A DNA stretch of 64,000 nucleotides from NCBI GenBank assembly GCA_051000215.1, contig JBPCON010000058.1:1194-65193 (forward strand), given 5' to 3'. Positions within the stretch are counted from its first letter, which is position 1; each line of letters opens with the position of its first letter. This stretch comes from Acidimicrobiales bacterium (lineage in GTDB: Bacteria; Actinomycetota; Acidimicrobiia; Acidimicrobiales; JACDCH01). Under the pieces are notes generated by a model. It was not told the origin of the DNA and ran no database searches. It saw nothing but the letters and a program-made list of their open reading frames with translations. A program made the position numbers and the translations under genes. Shown here in pieces: positions 27,571 to 36,752 of the stretch.

Positions 27571-28242
27571 CTACCGCCTGCGGCGCCGGAGCAGGACGCG
27601 CAGCAGCCATCCGACAGCGAGGAGGGCGACGAGGGGCGCCACCCGCTTTGCGACGGGCGAGCCGGCCGAGCCGAGCAGATCGATCGGTGTCGCCTCGGGG
27701 CCATCGATCTTGCGCACGCTCGGAGCCGCCACCGGAGATGGCTCAGCCGCTGCCGTCTGCGCCGCGGGCGCGCCAGCATCCGCGGCCGGCTGTGCTTCGC
27801 CGGAGAGGACCGTCGTCTCGAGCTTCTCGACGAACTGGTCGAGCAGCTTCGCGCTCACGTCGGCCATGACCCCGCGGCCGAACTGTGCGACCTTGCCGGT
27901 GACCGTGAGGTCGGTCACGACTTGCACCTTGGTGCCCTCACCGTCGGGCGTGAGCGTGGCCGTGATGGTGGCTGAAGCGTTGCCCTGCCCGCGGGTCTCG
28001 CGTCCCTCTGCCCGCAACACCGCCCTGTGTCCGGCCTCGTCGAGCTCGACGAAGTTGGCAGCACCCTTGTACTGCGCGGTGATCGGGCCGACCTTGATCT
28101 TGACGACCCCGCGGTACTCCTCGCCTGCCACCTCCTGGAGCTGCGCCCCGGGCATGCACGGCGCGATGCGCTCGACGTCGGTCAAGACCGCCCAAGCAGC
28201 GGCGGGGGGCACGGCCACCCGGAAGTCGTTCGTCAGCTCCAT
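27571..28242 (-). CDS. coxG: SRPBCC/CoxG family protein with C-terminal membrane anchor
   Basis: MELTNDFRVAVPPAAAWAVLTDVERIAPCMPGAQL...KVGPITAQYKG is typical CoxG. There is an A/P-rich linker and a C-terminal hydrophobic helix followed by RRRRR. Confidence 0.8.
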   Translation of the reverse strand: MELTNDFRVAVPPAAAWAVLTDVERIAPCMPGAQLQEVAGEEYRGVVKIKVGPITAQYKGAANFVELDEAGHRAVLRAEGRETRGQGNASATITATLTPDGEGTKVQVVTDLTVTGKVAQFGRGVMADVSAKLLDQFVEKLETTVLSGEAQPAADAGAPAAQTAAAEPSPVAAPSVRKIDGPEATPIDLLGSAGSPVAKRVAPLVALLAVGWLLRVLLRRRRR

Positions 28243-28790
28243 CGGTCGAGATCCTCCACGTTGTCGATGTCGGCCGGTTCGCCGCTGCACGGTACTGCGG
28301 TGACGAGGTCGGGTCGCGCCGTGATCAGGGCGCGCGCTCCTTCGTCGCCTTCGGTTGGCAACAACGGCCACACGTCCGCTGCGAGGCGCACCGGTGGCAG
28401 CAACCGGCCTGCGAAGTCCGCGACAGCGATCGGCGTCAGCGTGGCGTGCGCCACCGCCTGCCATGTCGTTGCGGGCACGAGCGGGCTGTCGGCGAGCCCG
28501 ACGACGACGGCGTCGTGGCCCTCGCGCTGCGCGGTCGTCCATGCTGCTTGCAACGAGCCGGCCTGTCCGCGCGACCACTCGGCGTTGCGCACCTCGATCA
28601 CGCCGGCTGGAAGCGGCCTGAGCTGGGCAGCGCCCGTAACGACGATGACCGCGTCGAGCCCGGCTGCGACCGCTGCGTCGACGGCCCACGTCCACAGTGG
28701 TCGACCGCGGAAGGCGGCAAGAAGCTTGTGGGTGTCAGCGCCGAACCGCGCGCCACCGCCTGCGGCGAGCACGACCGCCGCTGTCGTCAC
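28233..28790 (-). CDS. MobA/MocA-like nucleotidyltransferase (molybdenum cofactor cytidylyl/guanylyl transferase)
   Basis: AAVVLAAGGGARFG N-terminal NTP-transferase motif. Lies within a molybdoenzyme maturation cluster. Confidence 0.75.
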   Translation of the reverse strand: MTTAAVVLAAGGGARFGADTHKLLAAFRGRPLWTWAVDAAVAAGLDAVIVVTGAAQLRPLPAGVIEVRNAEWSRGQAGSLQAAWTTAQREGHDAVVVGLADSPLVPATTWQAVAHATLTPIAVADFAGRLLPPVRLAADVWPLLPTEGDEGARALITARPDLVTAVPCSGEPADIDNVEDLDRWS

Positions 28791-29584
28791 CTGTGGATCG
28801 GGCCAGCCGTGTCGCGCAGGGGGGCGACCGCCTCAGCGCGCCCCGTGCGCAACGCGATGATCTCGGCGACGATGGCTACGGCCGTCTCCTCCGGGGTGCG
28901 CGCCCCGAGGTCGAGCCCGATGGGCGCCATGATGCGCGAGAAGCCCGTCCGGTCGACGCCTTCCGCCCGGAGGCGCTCGACACGATCGGCATGCGTGCGC
29001 CGCGACCCCATCGCCCCGATGTAGCCGACGTCGGTGGCGAGGGCCGCGAGGATTGCTGGCACGTCGAACTTGGCGTCGTGGGTGAGCACGCACACGGCAT
29101 CACGTTGCCCGAGCTGGGCGCCCACCCGCGCCAGCAAGCGGTTCGGCCAGTCGACGACGACTTCATCGGCAAGGGGGAAGCGCCTCTTCGTTGCGAACAT
29201 CTCACGCGCGTCACAGACGGTGACCCGGTACCCGAGCACCTTCGCCACTCCTACGAGCGCTGCAGTGAAGTCGACGGCACCGAAGATCAGCAGTTGTGCC
29301 GGTGGGGCGAACGATTCGATGAAGACCGAGACGGCGGCGTCGACCCGAGCCTCGCCATGCTCGCCGTAGTGGCGCACGCCGGTCGTGCCGGCTGCCAGCT
29401 CGCCTCGCGCATCGCGACCGACGACCCGATCGATGTCGGCGTTGCCGAGCGTGCCGAGGACGGTGTCACCGTCGACGAGCAACTTGCTGCCGACACCGGG
29501 GCCTTCGACGACGGTCGCCAACACGGTCGGTCGGCGGGCCTCGACGGCATCGGCCAGCGCCGCGGAGATCTCGTGCGCGCTCAT
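28787..29584 (-). CDS. XdhC/CoxI family maturation protein (N and Rossmann C domains)
   Basis: LATVVEGPGVGSKLLV, LLIFGAVDFTAALVGVAKVLGYRVTVCDAR, YIGAMGSRRTH. Start at MSAHEIS. Confidence 0.85.
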   Translation of the reverse strand: MSAHEISAALADAVEARRPTVLATVVEGPGVGSKLLVDGDTVLGTLGNADIDRVVGRDARGELAAGTTGVRHYGEHGEARVDAAVSVFIESFAPPAQLLIFGAVDFTAALVGVAKVLGYRVTVCDAREMFATKRRFPLADEVVVDWPNRLLARVGAQLGQRDAVCVLTHDAKFDVPAILAALATDVGYIGAMGSRRTHADRVERLRAEGVDRTGFSRIMAPIGLDLGARTPEETAVAIVAEIIALRTGRAEAVAPLRDTAGPIHR

Positions 29585-29588
29585 GGTG

Positions 29589-29903
29589 TCACCAGTCGTA
29601 CGGCTCGATGAAGAGGTGCACCGTTCCACCGCAGGTGAGCCCGACAGCGAACGCGTCGTCGTCGCTGTAGCCAAAGGTGGTGATACGCCGGGCTCCCGTG
29701 GTGAGGATGTCAAGCGCTTCGACGACGACAGCGCCCTCCACGCAGCCGCCCGACACGGATCCGATCACCTCGCCGTCTTCGCTCACAGCCATCGCCGCGC
29801 CAGGCTGACGCGGCCCTGAGCCCTCGATGTCGACGACGCGAGCCAACGCCGCCGCCTTCCCCTCTCGTCGCCATCGCTCGAGTTCGCGCAGCAGCTCACG
29901 CAT
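29589..29903 (-). CDS. XdhC/CoxI N-terminal-domain-only protein
   Basis: ALARVVDIEGSGPRQPGAAMAV...GSVSGGCVE. Stand-alone ~104-aa version of the XdhC N domain. Confidence 0.75.
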   Translation of the reverse strand: MRELLRELERWRREGKAAALARVVDIEGSGPRQPGAAMAVSEDGEVIGSVSGGCVEGAVVVEALDILTTGARRITTFGYSDDDAFAVGLTCGGTVHLFIEPYDW

Positions 29904-31095
29904 GTCGGTGCCACCTCCTCGCCTCACCGGCTCGTGAGCCAGTGCCCCTTGACGCGCTGCTGATCACGTCGGCGAGGTGCTCGAGGCTGGCCACGGAGTG
30001 GCCTTCGATGAAGTGGTCGACGTGGGGCAGCGCGGCGGCCATGCCCCCGGCGGTTGGCGCGTAGCCCGCGGAGGCCTTGAGCGGATTGACCCACACCACC
30101 TGGTGCGCGGCTCGGTGCAGCCGGGCCATCTGCTCTGCCAGCTCGGCGGGGTCGCCGCGATCCCACCCATCGCTCAGCACGACCACGACGGCGCCGCGTG
30201 CCAGACCTCGGAAGCAGAGCGTGTCGTTCAGCTCGCGAAAGGCTGCGCCGAGGCGGGTACCGCCCGACCAATCGGGCACGGCTGCAGCGGCGGCGCGCAT
30301 GGCGTCGTCCGGGTCGCGGCTCGCCAGCTGGCGCGAGAGGCGCGTGAGGCGAGTACCGAGTGCGAACACGTCGACGCGGCCGCTGCCGCGCCCGGCCCCC
30401 GCAACGTGCGCGAAGCGCACAAGGGCACGCGCGTAGGGGTCCATCGACCCGCTGACATCGATGAGCAGCAACAGTCGCCGAGGCAACAGCTTCGGCGCGC
30501 GACGCACGAGCTCAATCGGTTCACCGCCGTTGCGCAGCGCGATGCGCACGGTGGCGCGGAGGTCGAGCCGAGCACCCGGCGCCGTCGATCCGTGCGCCAG
30601 GCGCCGCGACCGGCGCGACTTGCGTCGCGCAGAGCTGACTCGCATGCCCGCCATCAAGCGCTGCGTCTGAAGCAGCTCGTCCGCCGTGCAGGCGGCGAGA
30701 TCCTTGCTGCGCAGCACCTCGGTCGCGCTGAAGCGAATCGCCCGAACATCTTGCCCCTGGGGGGCTGTGGCGTTGCCCGCTCCTGCTTCGTCTCGGTCGT
30801 GCGATGCGGCGTCGAGACCGAGCGCGACAGACCGGTCGACGCGGTCCTGCTGCGAGCCGTGCTCCGGCACCACAGCGCGCCAGAAGGTCGCGAACACGTC
30901 GTCGTAGATGCGGACGTCCTCGGAGCGACACAGGAGCGTCGCGCGGCCGGCCCAGTAGACGCTGTCGCCTTCGATCCCGAGCACCGACAACGCCCGGACG
31001 TAGACGACGCTCGACGAAACGGGCACCTCGAGACCAGCGGCGCGCAGCGCGCACACGAACGCGACGGGTGTTGCCGCCGCGAGGTCGGTGCTCAT
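29896..31095 (-). CDS. coxE: VWA domain protein (CoxE-like)
   Basis: MIDAS motif LLLLIDVSGSMDPY. Follows a MoxR ATPase with a 4-nt overlap. Confidence 0.85.
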   Translation of the reverse strand: MSTDLAAATPVAFVCALRAAGLEVPVSSSVVYVRALSVLGIEGDSVYWAGRATLLCRSEDVRIYDDVFATFWRAVVPEHGSQQDRVDRSVALGLDAASHDRDEAGAGNATAPQGQDVRAIRFSATEVLRSKDLAACTADELLQTQRLMAGMRVSSARRKSRRSRRLAHGSTAPGARLDLRATVRIALRNGGEPIELVRRAPKLLPRRLLLLIDVSGSMDPYARALVRFAHVAGAGRGSGRVDVFALGTRLTRLSRQLASRDPDDAMRAAAAAVPDWSGGTRLGAAFRELNDTLCFRGLARGAVVVVLSDGWDRGDPAELAEQMARLHRAAHQVVWVNPLKASAGYAPTAGGMAAALPHVDHFIEGHSVASLEHLADVISSASRGTGSRAGEARRWHRHA

Positions 31096-31991
31096 GCTTG
31101 TCGGACCGCTCGGCGCACGAGGTCGGCCAGACCGTGCTCGCGAACGCGCTGTTGGTCTTCGCGGTACTTGAGCACCGCGCCCAACGTCGCGAGCACTGAA
31201 CCTTCGTCGAGCTCATCACGCCCGAGCACGACGAGCGCCGTTGCCCAATCGATCGTCTCCGCGATGCCGGGTGGCTTGTAGAGCCCGAGCTCTCGCAGCT
31301 CGGCCGTGGCCGCAGCAACCTGCCGAGCGAGCGCAGCACCGACCTCGGGCGCCCGCGCCAACACGATCGCCACCTCGCGGTCGAAGTCCGGGAGCTCGAC
31401 CCAGTGAAAGAGACAACGGCGCTTCAGCGCGTCGTGCACGTCACGGGTGCGGTTCGAGGTGATGACCACGATCGGCGGCTGTGCCGCGGTGAACGTCCCC
31501 AGCTCGGGGACGGTCACCGCGGAGTCGGCGAGTATCTCGAGCAGGAAGGCCTCGAACTCGTCGTCGGCGCGATCGATCTCGTCGATGAGCAGCACCGGGC
31601 GGGGGCCGTCGACCGGATCGTGGGCGATCGCGCGCAGCAACGGGCGGCGAAGGAGGAAGCGCTCGCTGTAGAGCTCGTCCTCGACAGCGTCGCCTCCTGC
31701 GCCGCGTCCCTCTGCAGCGCGCAGGTGCAAGAGCTGGCGCGCGTAGTCCCACTCGTACACCGCCTGGGCAACGTCGATCCCCTCGTAGCACTGCAGGCGG
31801 ATGAGCTCACCGCCGGTCGAGGTCGCGAGGACCCGGGCGAGCTCGGTCTTGCCCACGCCGGCCTCGCCCTCGAGCAGCAGCGGGCGTTCGAGGCGCAGCG
31901 CGAGGAACACGGCCGTTGCGAGACCCTCATCGGCCAAGTAGTCGTGGGCGGCAAGCTCGGCGCGCAGCTCGTCGACAGTCCCCGCAGGCAT
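31092..31991 (-). CDS. coxD: MoxR-family AAA+ ATPase (CoxD-like)
   Basis: Walker A LLEGEAGVGKTELA, Walker B VLLIDEIDRA, typical MoxR length. Confidence 0.9.
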   Translation of the reverse strand: MPAGTVDELRAELAAHDYLADEGLATAVFLALRLERPLLLEGEAGVGKTELARVLATSTGGELIRLQCYEGIDVAQAVYEWDYARQLLHLRAAEGRGAGGDAVEDELYSERFLLRRPLLRAIAHDPVDGPRPVLLIDEIDRADDEFEAFLLEILADSAVTVPELGTFTAAQPPIVVITSNRTRDVHDALKRRCLFHWVELPDFDREVAIVLARAPEVGAALARQVAAATAELRELGLYKPPGIAETIDWATALVVLGRDELDEGSVLATLGAVLKYREDQQRVREHGLADLVRRAVRQA

Positions 31992-32040
31992 CGCTCCAGC
32001 CTACGGAGCGCCGAGCGCGCCTGGCCGTACAGTCTCGGAG

Positions 32041-32793
32041 ATGGATCTCGGGATCGGCGGACGAGTCGCTGCCGTCGCCGCCGCCTCCGGCGGGCTCGGC
32101 CTCGGATCGGCGCGTGCGCTCGTCGAAGCCGGCGTGAAGGTCGCTCTCTGCGGGCGCGACAGGGATCGCGTCGACCATGCCGTCGCGCTGCTCGGCGGAG
32201 CCGAGCACGCGGTCGGTCTCGTTGCCGACGTGGCGACCCCTGCTGGTGCTTCGGCGTTCGTCGCCGAGGCGGAGGCAGCGCTGGGGCCGCTCGACATCCT
32301 CGTGACAAACGCTGGCGGTCCACCGGCTGGCACGTTCGCCTCCACCGCCCTCGACCTGTACGAACCAGCCATCGCGCTGAACCTGCTCTCGACCGTCGCC
32401 ATGTGCAAGGCAGCCGTGCCGGGCATGCAGCAACGCGGCTGGGGACGCGTCGTGGCCATCACCTCATCGACCGTCCGCCAGCCCAACCCGAACCTCATCC
32501 TCTCGAACACGGCCCGGGCAGGAGCCACCGCGTTCCTCAAGACGCTCGCCACCGAAGTCGCCCGCGACGGCGTCACCGTCAACTCGGTGCAGCCGGGCTC
32601 GCACGACACCGAGCGCCTGCGCTCGCTGCACGGCGGCGACCTCTCCGGCGCCGCAGCGCGCATCCCCGTCGGTTTCGTCGGCGATGCCGGCGACTTCGGC
32701 GCGGTCGTTGCGTTCTTGTGCAGCGAGCAGGCCAAGTTCATCACGGGCACGGCCATCCCCGTCGACGGCGGAGCCTTCGCCGGCTTGCAGTGA
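32041..32793 (+). CDS. SDR family oxidoreductase (FabG-like)
   Basis: AASGGLGLG, TNAGG, and an NTARAG variant of the catalytic segment. Divergent from coxD. Confidence 0.9.
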   Translation: MDLGIGGRVAAVAAASGGLGLGSARALVEAGVKVALCGRDRDRVDHAVALLGGAEHAVGLVADVATPAGASAFVAEAEAALGPLDILVTNAGGPPAGTFASTALDLYEPAIALNLLSTVAMCKAAVPGMQQRGWGRVVAITSSTVRQPNPNLILSNTARAGATAFLKTLATEVARDGVTVNSVQPGSHDTERLRSLHGGDLSGAAARIPVGFVGDAGDFGAVVAFLCSEQAKFITGTAIPVDGGAFAGLQ

Positions 32794-32799
32794 ACATCC

Positions 32800-32945
32800 C
32801 TGATCGAGCGCGGCCCCAGGGCCGCACTGGCGAGGCCGTAATCGGCCGAGACCGCGAGGAAGACACTGACCGAGCGCGGCCGCAGGCCGCACTGGCGAGG
32901 CCGAAATCGGCCGAGACCGCGAGGAAGACACTGACCGAGCGCGGC
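32800..32945. repeat. tandem 65-66 nt repeat, 2 full copies plus a 15-nt start of a third
   Basis: Unit: CTGAYCGAGCGCGGCCGCAGGCCGCACTGGCGAGGCCGAAATCGGCCGAGACCGCGAGGAAGACA. Copies at 32800-32865 (66 nt, 3 differences), 32866-32930, and partial 32931-32945. Each unit has two small hairpins (GCGGCC-GCA-GGCCGC; GGCCG-AAAT-CGGCC). Confidence 0.9.
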
Positions 32946-32978
32946 TGATGGCAGTGTCGCTCGGGGTACGCAGCGACC

Positions 32979-33170
32979 ATGCGTCCAGCCACCGTCATCG
33001 CGGCCACCGTCATCTCGCTCTCGGCGCTCGCGTCGTCAGCGTGTTCGAGCGACACGAAGGCCGATATTCGCAAGACCACGAGCGATCTCTCGTCCGATGC
33101 TTCGAGCCACATCTCGGATCTCTCGACGGGTGCGTCGTCGTTGAGCAGCAGCGTCGACTCGGGCAACTGA
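32979..33170 (+). CDS. small Ser-rich secreted protein or lipoprotein candidate (63 aa)
   Basis: MRPATVIAATVISLSALASSAC/SSDTK... has a signal-peptide-like N-terminus with a Cys after ASSA. Internal SDLSSDASS / SDLSTGASS duplication. GC-rich third positions. Its TGA stop lies in the first 4 nt of the downstream repeat copy. Confidence 0.45.
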   Translation: MRPATVIAATVISLSALASSACSSDTKADIRKTTSDLSSDASSHISDLSTGASSLSSSVDSGN

Positions 33171-33245
33171 TCGAGCGCGGCCGCAGGCCGCACTGGCGAG
33201 GCCGAAATCGGCCGAGACCGCGAGGAAGACACTGATCGAGCGCGC
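33167..33245. repeat. third full copy of the 65-nt repeat plus a 14-nt partial copy
   Basis: 33167-33231 is identical to the copy at 32866-32930 except for one C/T. It is followed by CTGATCGAGCGCGC, which abuts the stop of the minus-strand gene ending at 33246. Confidence 0.9.
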
Positions 33246-34436
33246 TCAGCGTTGGTAGAGCGCGACGAAGTCGCGCGACTCCTCTTGCAGGTAGCGGTCG
33301 CGGGGACGCTGCATGTCCGGCAGTAAGAGCGATCCGGAGACTGCGGCCGGGTTGGCCGGATCGGCGTGTTTGAAGATGTTGTAGGTGACCCATTCGGGGT
33401 TGATGTCGAGCTCCATGGCACGCACGCACCCGCCCTGCGCGAGCAACCTGGCGAGGCTGAGCACACTCAACCCGTTCGAGGCGGCGTAGACGACGGTGCC
33501 ATCGGCGCGCACGCCGACCCCTGAGCGCCACACCAACACCTTGTTGCCGAGCGTCCTGCCCCAGCGCTTCGTGTCGTTGGCGTCGAGCCCGTCGACGGGT
33601 TGCGCGCCGTCGACGATCAGGGCGAGGTTCTGTCGCACCGTCGCGATGTCGGCTCCCATGACGTCGTCGCGGCCCCACGCTCCGATGTCCATCGAGCCGT
33701 CGACGCGCACGACGATCGACGCTGCGCCGGGGACGAGCGGGTGCTGCTCGCGACCCTCGGTGAAGAACCCGCCCTCGGCGTCTTGGAAGCGAAAGCCACC
33801 GTTGAAGGCACCGATGAGGTACGGCAGCTCGCCGCTCGGCACGCGACCAGCGGTCGACCACTTGCCGCCGGGCTCGACGGTGCCTGGGATGACTTGCAGA
33901 CGAACCAGCTTGGGGTCGATCCACACGAGGCTGCCGAGCACGCTCGTGTGCTCGGCGTCGGGTCGCAACTGCGCTGCAAGGATCGAGGGGAAGCCGTCGA
34001 TCAGGGGGCCGATCGGGGTCCACACGCCCTCGTTGTCCACGGGCGGGCTCGCCAGCGGCGTGACGTCGACGGGCGGAGGCGAATGCGGCCGCACCGGAAG
34101 CGTCGTGGTGGTCGTCGCCTGCGGAAGGGTGGTCGTCGTCGTGGTCGAGGTGGCGATCGTGATGAGCCGTGCGGGCACGCCTCCCTTCGGCGGCGCCTTC
34201 CAGGTGTAGTAGCGCTCCTCCGCCCAGTTCACGATGCCGCCGAAGTGGTTCTCGCGCGCCCAATCGGCGGCCTTGGCGGTGAAGCTCTCGTTGCCCGGGC
34301 GCGAGCTCACGACGAGGGACCAGCAACCGAGGAGCGTGGTCCACACGATGAGCACGCCGAGGCTGCGCTGCACCCACCGGCGTTCGAAGAGCGAGAGCTT
34401 CTTGCGCGCGTGCGAACGCCGCCGCGTTGTGCGCAT
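33246..34436 (-). CDS. phosphodiester glycosidase (DUF2233) family protein, membrane-anchored
   Basis: N-terminal TM helix, T-rich linker (TSTTTTTTLPQATTTTTLP), then GAFNGGF..., VVYAASNGLSVLSLARLL...MELDINPEWV...RDFVALY, typical of the family. Confidence 0.75.
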   Translation of the reverse strand: MRTTRRRSHARKKLSLFERRWVQRSLGVLIVWTTLLGCWSLVVSSRPGNESFTAKAADWARENHFGGIVNWAEERYYTWKAPPKGGVPARLITIATSTTTTTTLPQATTTTTLPVRPHSPPPVDVTPLASPPVDNEGVWTPIGPLIDGFPSILAAQLRPDAEHTSVLGSLVWIDPKLVRLQVIPGTVEPGGKWSTAGRVPSGELPYLIGAFNGGFRFQDAEGGFFTEGREQHPLVPGAASIVVRVDGSMDIGAWGRDDVMGADIATVRQNLALIVDGAQPVDGLDANDTKRWGRTLGNKVLVWRSGVGVRADGTVVYAASNGLSVLSLARLLAQGGCVRAMELDINPEWVTYNIFKHADPANPAAVSGSLLLPDMQRPRDRYLQEESRDFVALYQR

Positions 34437-34486
34437 CGGACCATCGTTGCACGGCAGGCCATCCCCGCTGGCGCGACCCGTGTCGA

Positions 34487-35313
34487 TCAGCTCGTCGTGG
34501 TGGCTACTGCCTCGAGCGCGCGGCGTGTGAGGACCTTGACGAGATGGCGCCGGTAGCCCGCTGAGGCGCTGACGTCATCGCTCGGGTCGGTCCCTTGGTC
34601 GGCCACAGCCGCTGCGTCAGCCGTGCTCGCACCCGACGAAGCCGCGGCCTCCGACGCCGCGGCGCGCATCGGCACAGCTCCCATGTTGATGAGCCCGATG
34701 CCTGTCTGGGTGTTCTGGAGGCATGCGACGCCGACGACGGCCCAATCCTGCGCGCGACGGTTGAACTTCTGGAACGACCAGCGCGCGCCTGTGTGCTTGG
34801 GCAGGCGCACCTCGGTGAGCACCTCGTCTGGGGCGAGCGCTGTTTCGAGGAAGCCGGTGAAGAAGTCGTCGACTTCGATCTCGCGCGCACCGGTCGGTCC
34901 CTGCGCGACGAGGGTCGCTCGCATCGCGAGGAGCACAGCCGGCAGATCGGATGCCGGGTCGCCGTGGGCGACGGAGCCGCCGATCGTCCCCCTGTGACGC
35001 ACTTGTGGGTCGCCGACTTGACCGGCGACGTGTCGCAGCAGGGGCGCTTCGGCCTCGAGCAGCTCGGAGCGCTCGAGGTCGTGGTGGCGGGTCAGAGCAC
35101 CGACCGCGATGTGCTCGCCTGCGTCTCGCACGTAGGACAGCTCGCGCACACGGCCAACATCGATCAGCACAGCGGGTGTCGCCAGGCGCAGCTTCATGAG
35201 CGGGAGCAGCGAGTGCCCACCGGCGAGGAGCTTCGCCTCGTCGCCGTGCTCGCCGAGGAGCCGCACAGCGTGCTCGGCCGACTCGGCCCTGACGTAGTCG
35301 AATGCTGCGGGGA

Positions 35314-35317
<4 letters not shown>
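34487..35317 (-). CDS. coxM: FAD-binding medium subunit of xanthine dehydrogenase/CODH family (CoxM-like)
   Basis: [13 protein letters not shown]...[17 protein letters not shown]...[15 protein letters not shown]. Start at codon 178 of the track ORF. ATGA overlap with coxS. Confidence 0.9.
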
Positions 35318-35802
<485 letters not shown>

Positions 35803-35866
35803 CGGCTCTCTCCATCTCTGCCCGTCGTGACGAAGCGCATCTTCGCACGGCGTCCGCTCACGCGTT

Positions 35867-35909
35867 CTCGAGGCAATAGGTGGCGCCACGCGCCACCTAT
35901 TGCCTCGAG
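35867..35909 (-). terminator. perfect 20-bp-arm palindrome (3-nt loop) just 3' of the ABC permease gene; copy A of a repeated element
   Basis: CTCGAGGCAATAGGTGGCGC-CAC-GCGCCACCTATTGCCTCGAG, with arms exactly complementary. It starts 7 nt after the stop of 35916..36752. No U-tract on the minus strand, so terminator function is inferred only from position. Confidence 0.6.
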
Positions 35910-35915
35910 TTCGCT

Positions 35916-36752
35916 TTACGGGACGAGGCGACGCATCCCTCGGGTGGCGAAGAGGAAGAAGAACGCGCCCATGGCTGCTAGGGCGAGGACGCCGGCCGAG
36001 GTGGTCGACCAGGTCAGACCGGGCTGGATGAAGCCCTCACGAGCCAGCCGCAGCACGTTGGTGATGGGGTTGATCCGAGCGATCGGGTGGACCCACCCTT
36101 CGATCTGGCTCACCGGGACCTGCGACGCGGACAGGAACATCGCAGAGAAGATGCCAACCTGCACGAGGGCGAGCGAGCGCTGCGACTTGAACCGGTACGC
36201 GATGCCCAGTCCCCACAGCGCGGCGACCGCCGCCGTACCCATGGCAGCGACGACGAGCGTCACGAGCCCGAGCGGACCGTCGACGAGCCGGGCGCCGCCC
36301 AGCGTCGCGAACACGAACACGACGACCACTGGGATGAGCGCACGGATCATCGCTGCCAGCACCGGGCCGACCAGCAGGGCGCGTCGGGGAGCGGGGGCGA
36401 GCAGGAGCCGGTCGTAGAAGCCGCCCTCGAGGTCGCGAGCGACAGAGAACGTCGCGCCCATGCCGGCGAAGGCCGCACCTTGCATGATCGCGTACGGCAT
36501 CACCCAGTTGAGCATGTTGTCCGTCGGCACCAGCCGGCCGGCCAGGCCGCCGAACGAGCCGCTGAAGGACAGCAGGAAGAAGATCGGCATCACCATCACC
36601 GGCACGAACGCGCCGGGCACGCGGAACACGTTCACGATGCTGCGCACCGCGAGCGACAGACCGATCTGGGTGACAGAGGCGCTGTGGTCACCACGCGTCG
36701 CGGTGGCGCGCGGGGCGGGCGCGGGGCTCGAGGTCGGCGCGACGGTGGTCAT
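35916..36752 (-). CDS. ABC-2 type transporter permease
   Basis: Six predicted TM segments with ABC-2 layout. 4-nt overlap with the preceding permease. Confidence 0.8.
   Translation of the reverse strand: MTTVAPTSSPAPAPRATATRGDHSASVTQIGLSLAVRSIVNVFRVPGAFVPVMVMPIFFLLSFSGSFGGLAGRLVPTDNMLNWVMPYAIMQGAAFAGMGATFSVARDLEGGFYDRLLLAPAPRRALLVGPVLAAMIRALIPVVVVFVFATLGGARLVDGPLGLVTLVVAAMGTAAVAALWGLGIAYRFKSQRSLALVQVGIFSAMFLSASQVPVSQIEGWVHPIARINPITNVLRLAREGFIQPGLTWSTTSAGVLALAAMGAFFFLFATRGMRRLVP

Noticed and set aside
32800-33245. CRISPR array
   Set aside because: The repeats are 65-66 nt and directly abutting, with no spacers between the first two. There is only one ~220-nt interval, which contains an ORF, and no cas genes are present.
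35867-35909. Canonical Rho-independent terminator call for palindrome copy A
   Set aside because: No U-tract follows the stem on the coding (minus) strand. It is kept only as a position-based putative terminator / repeated element.
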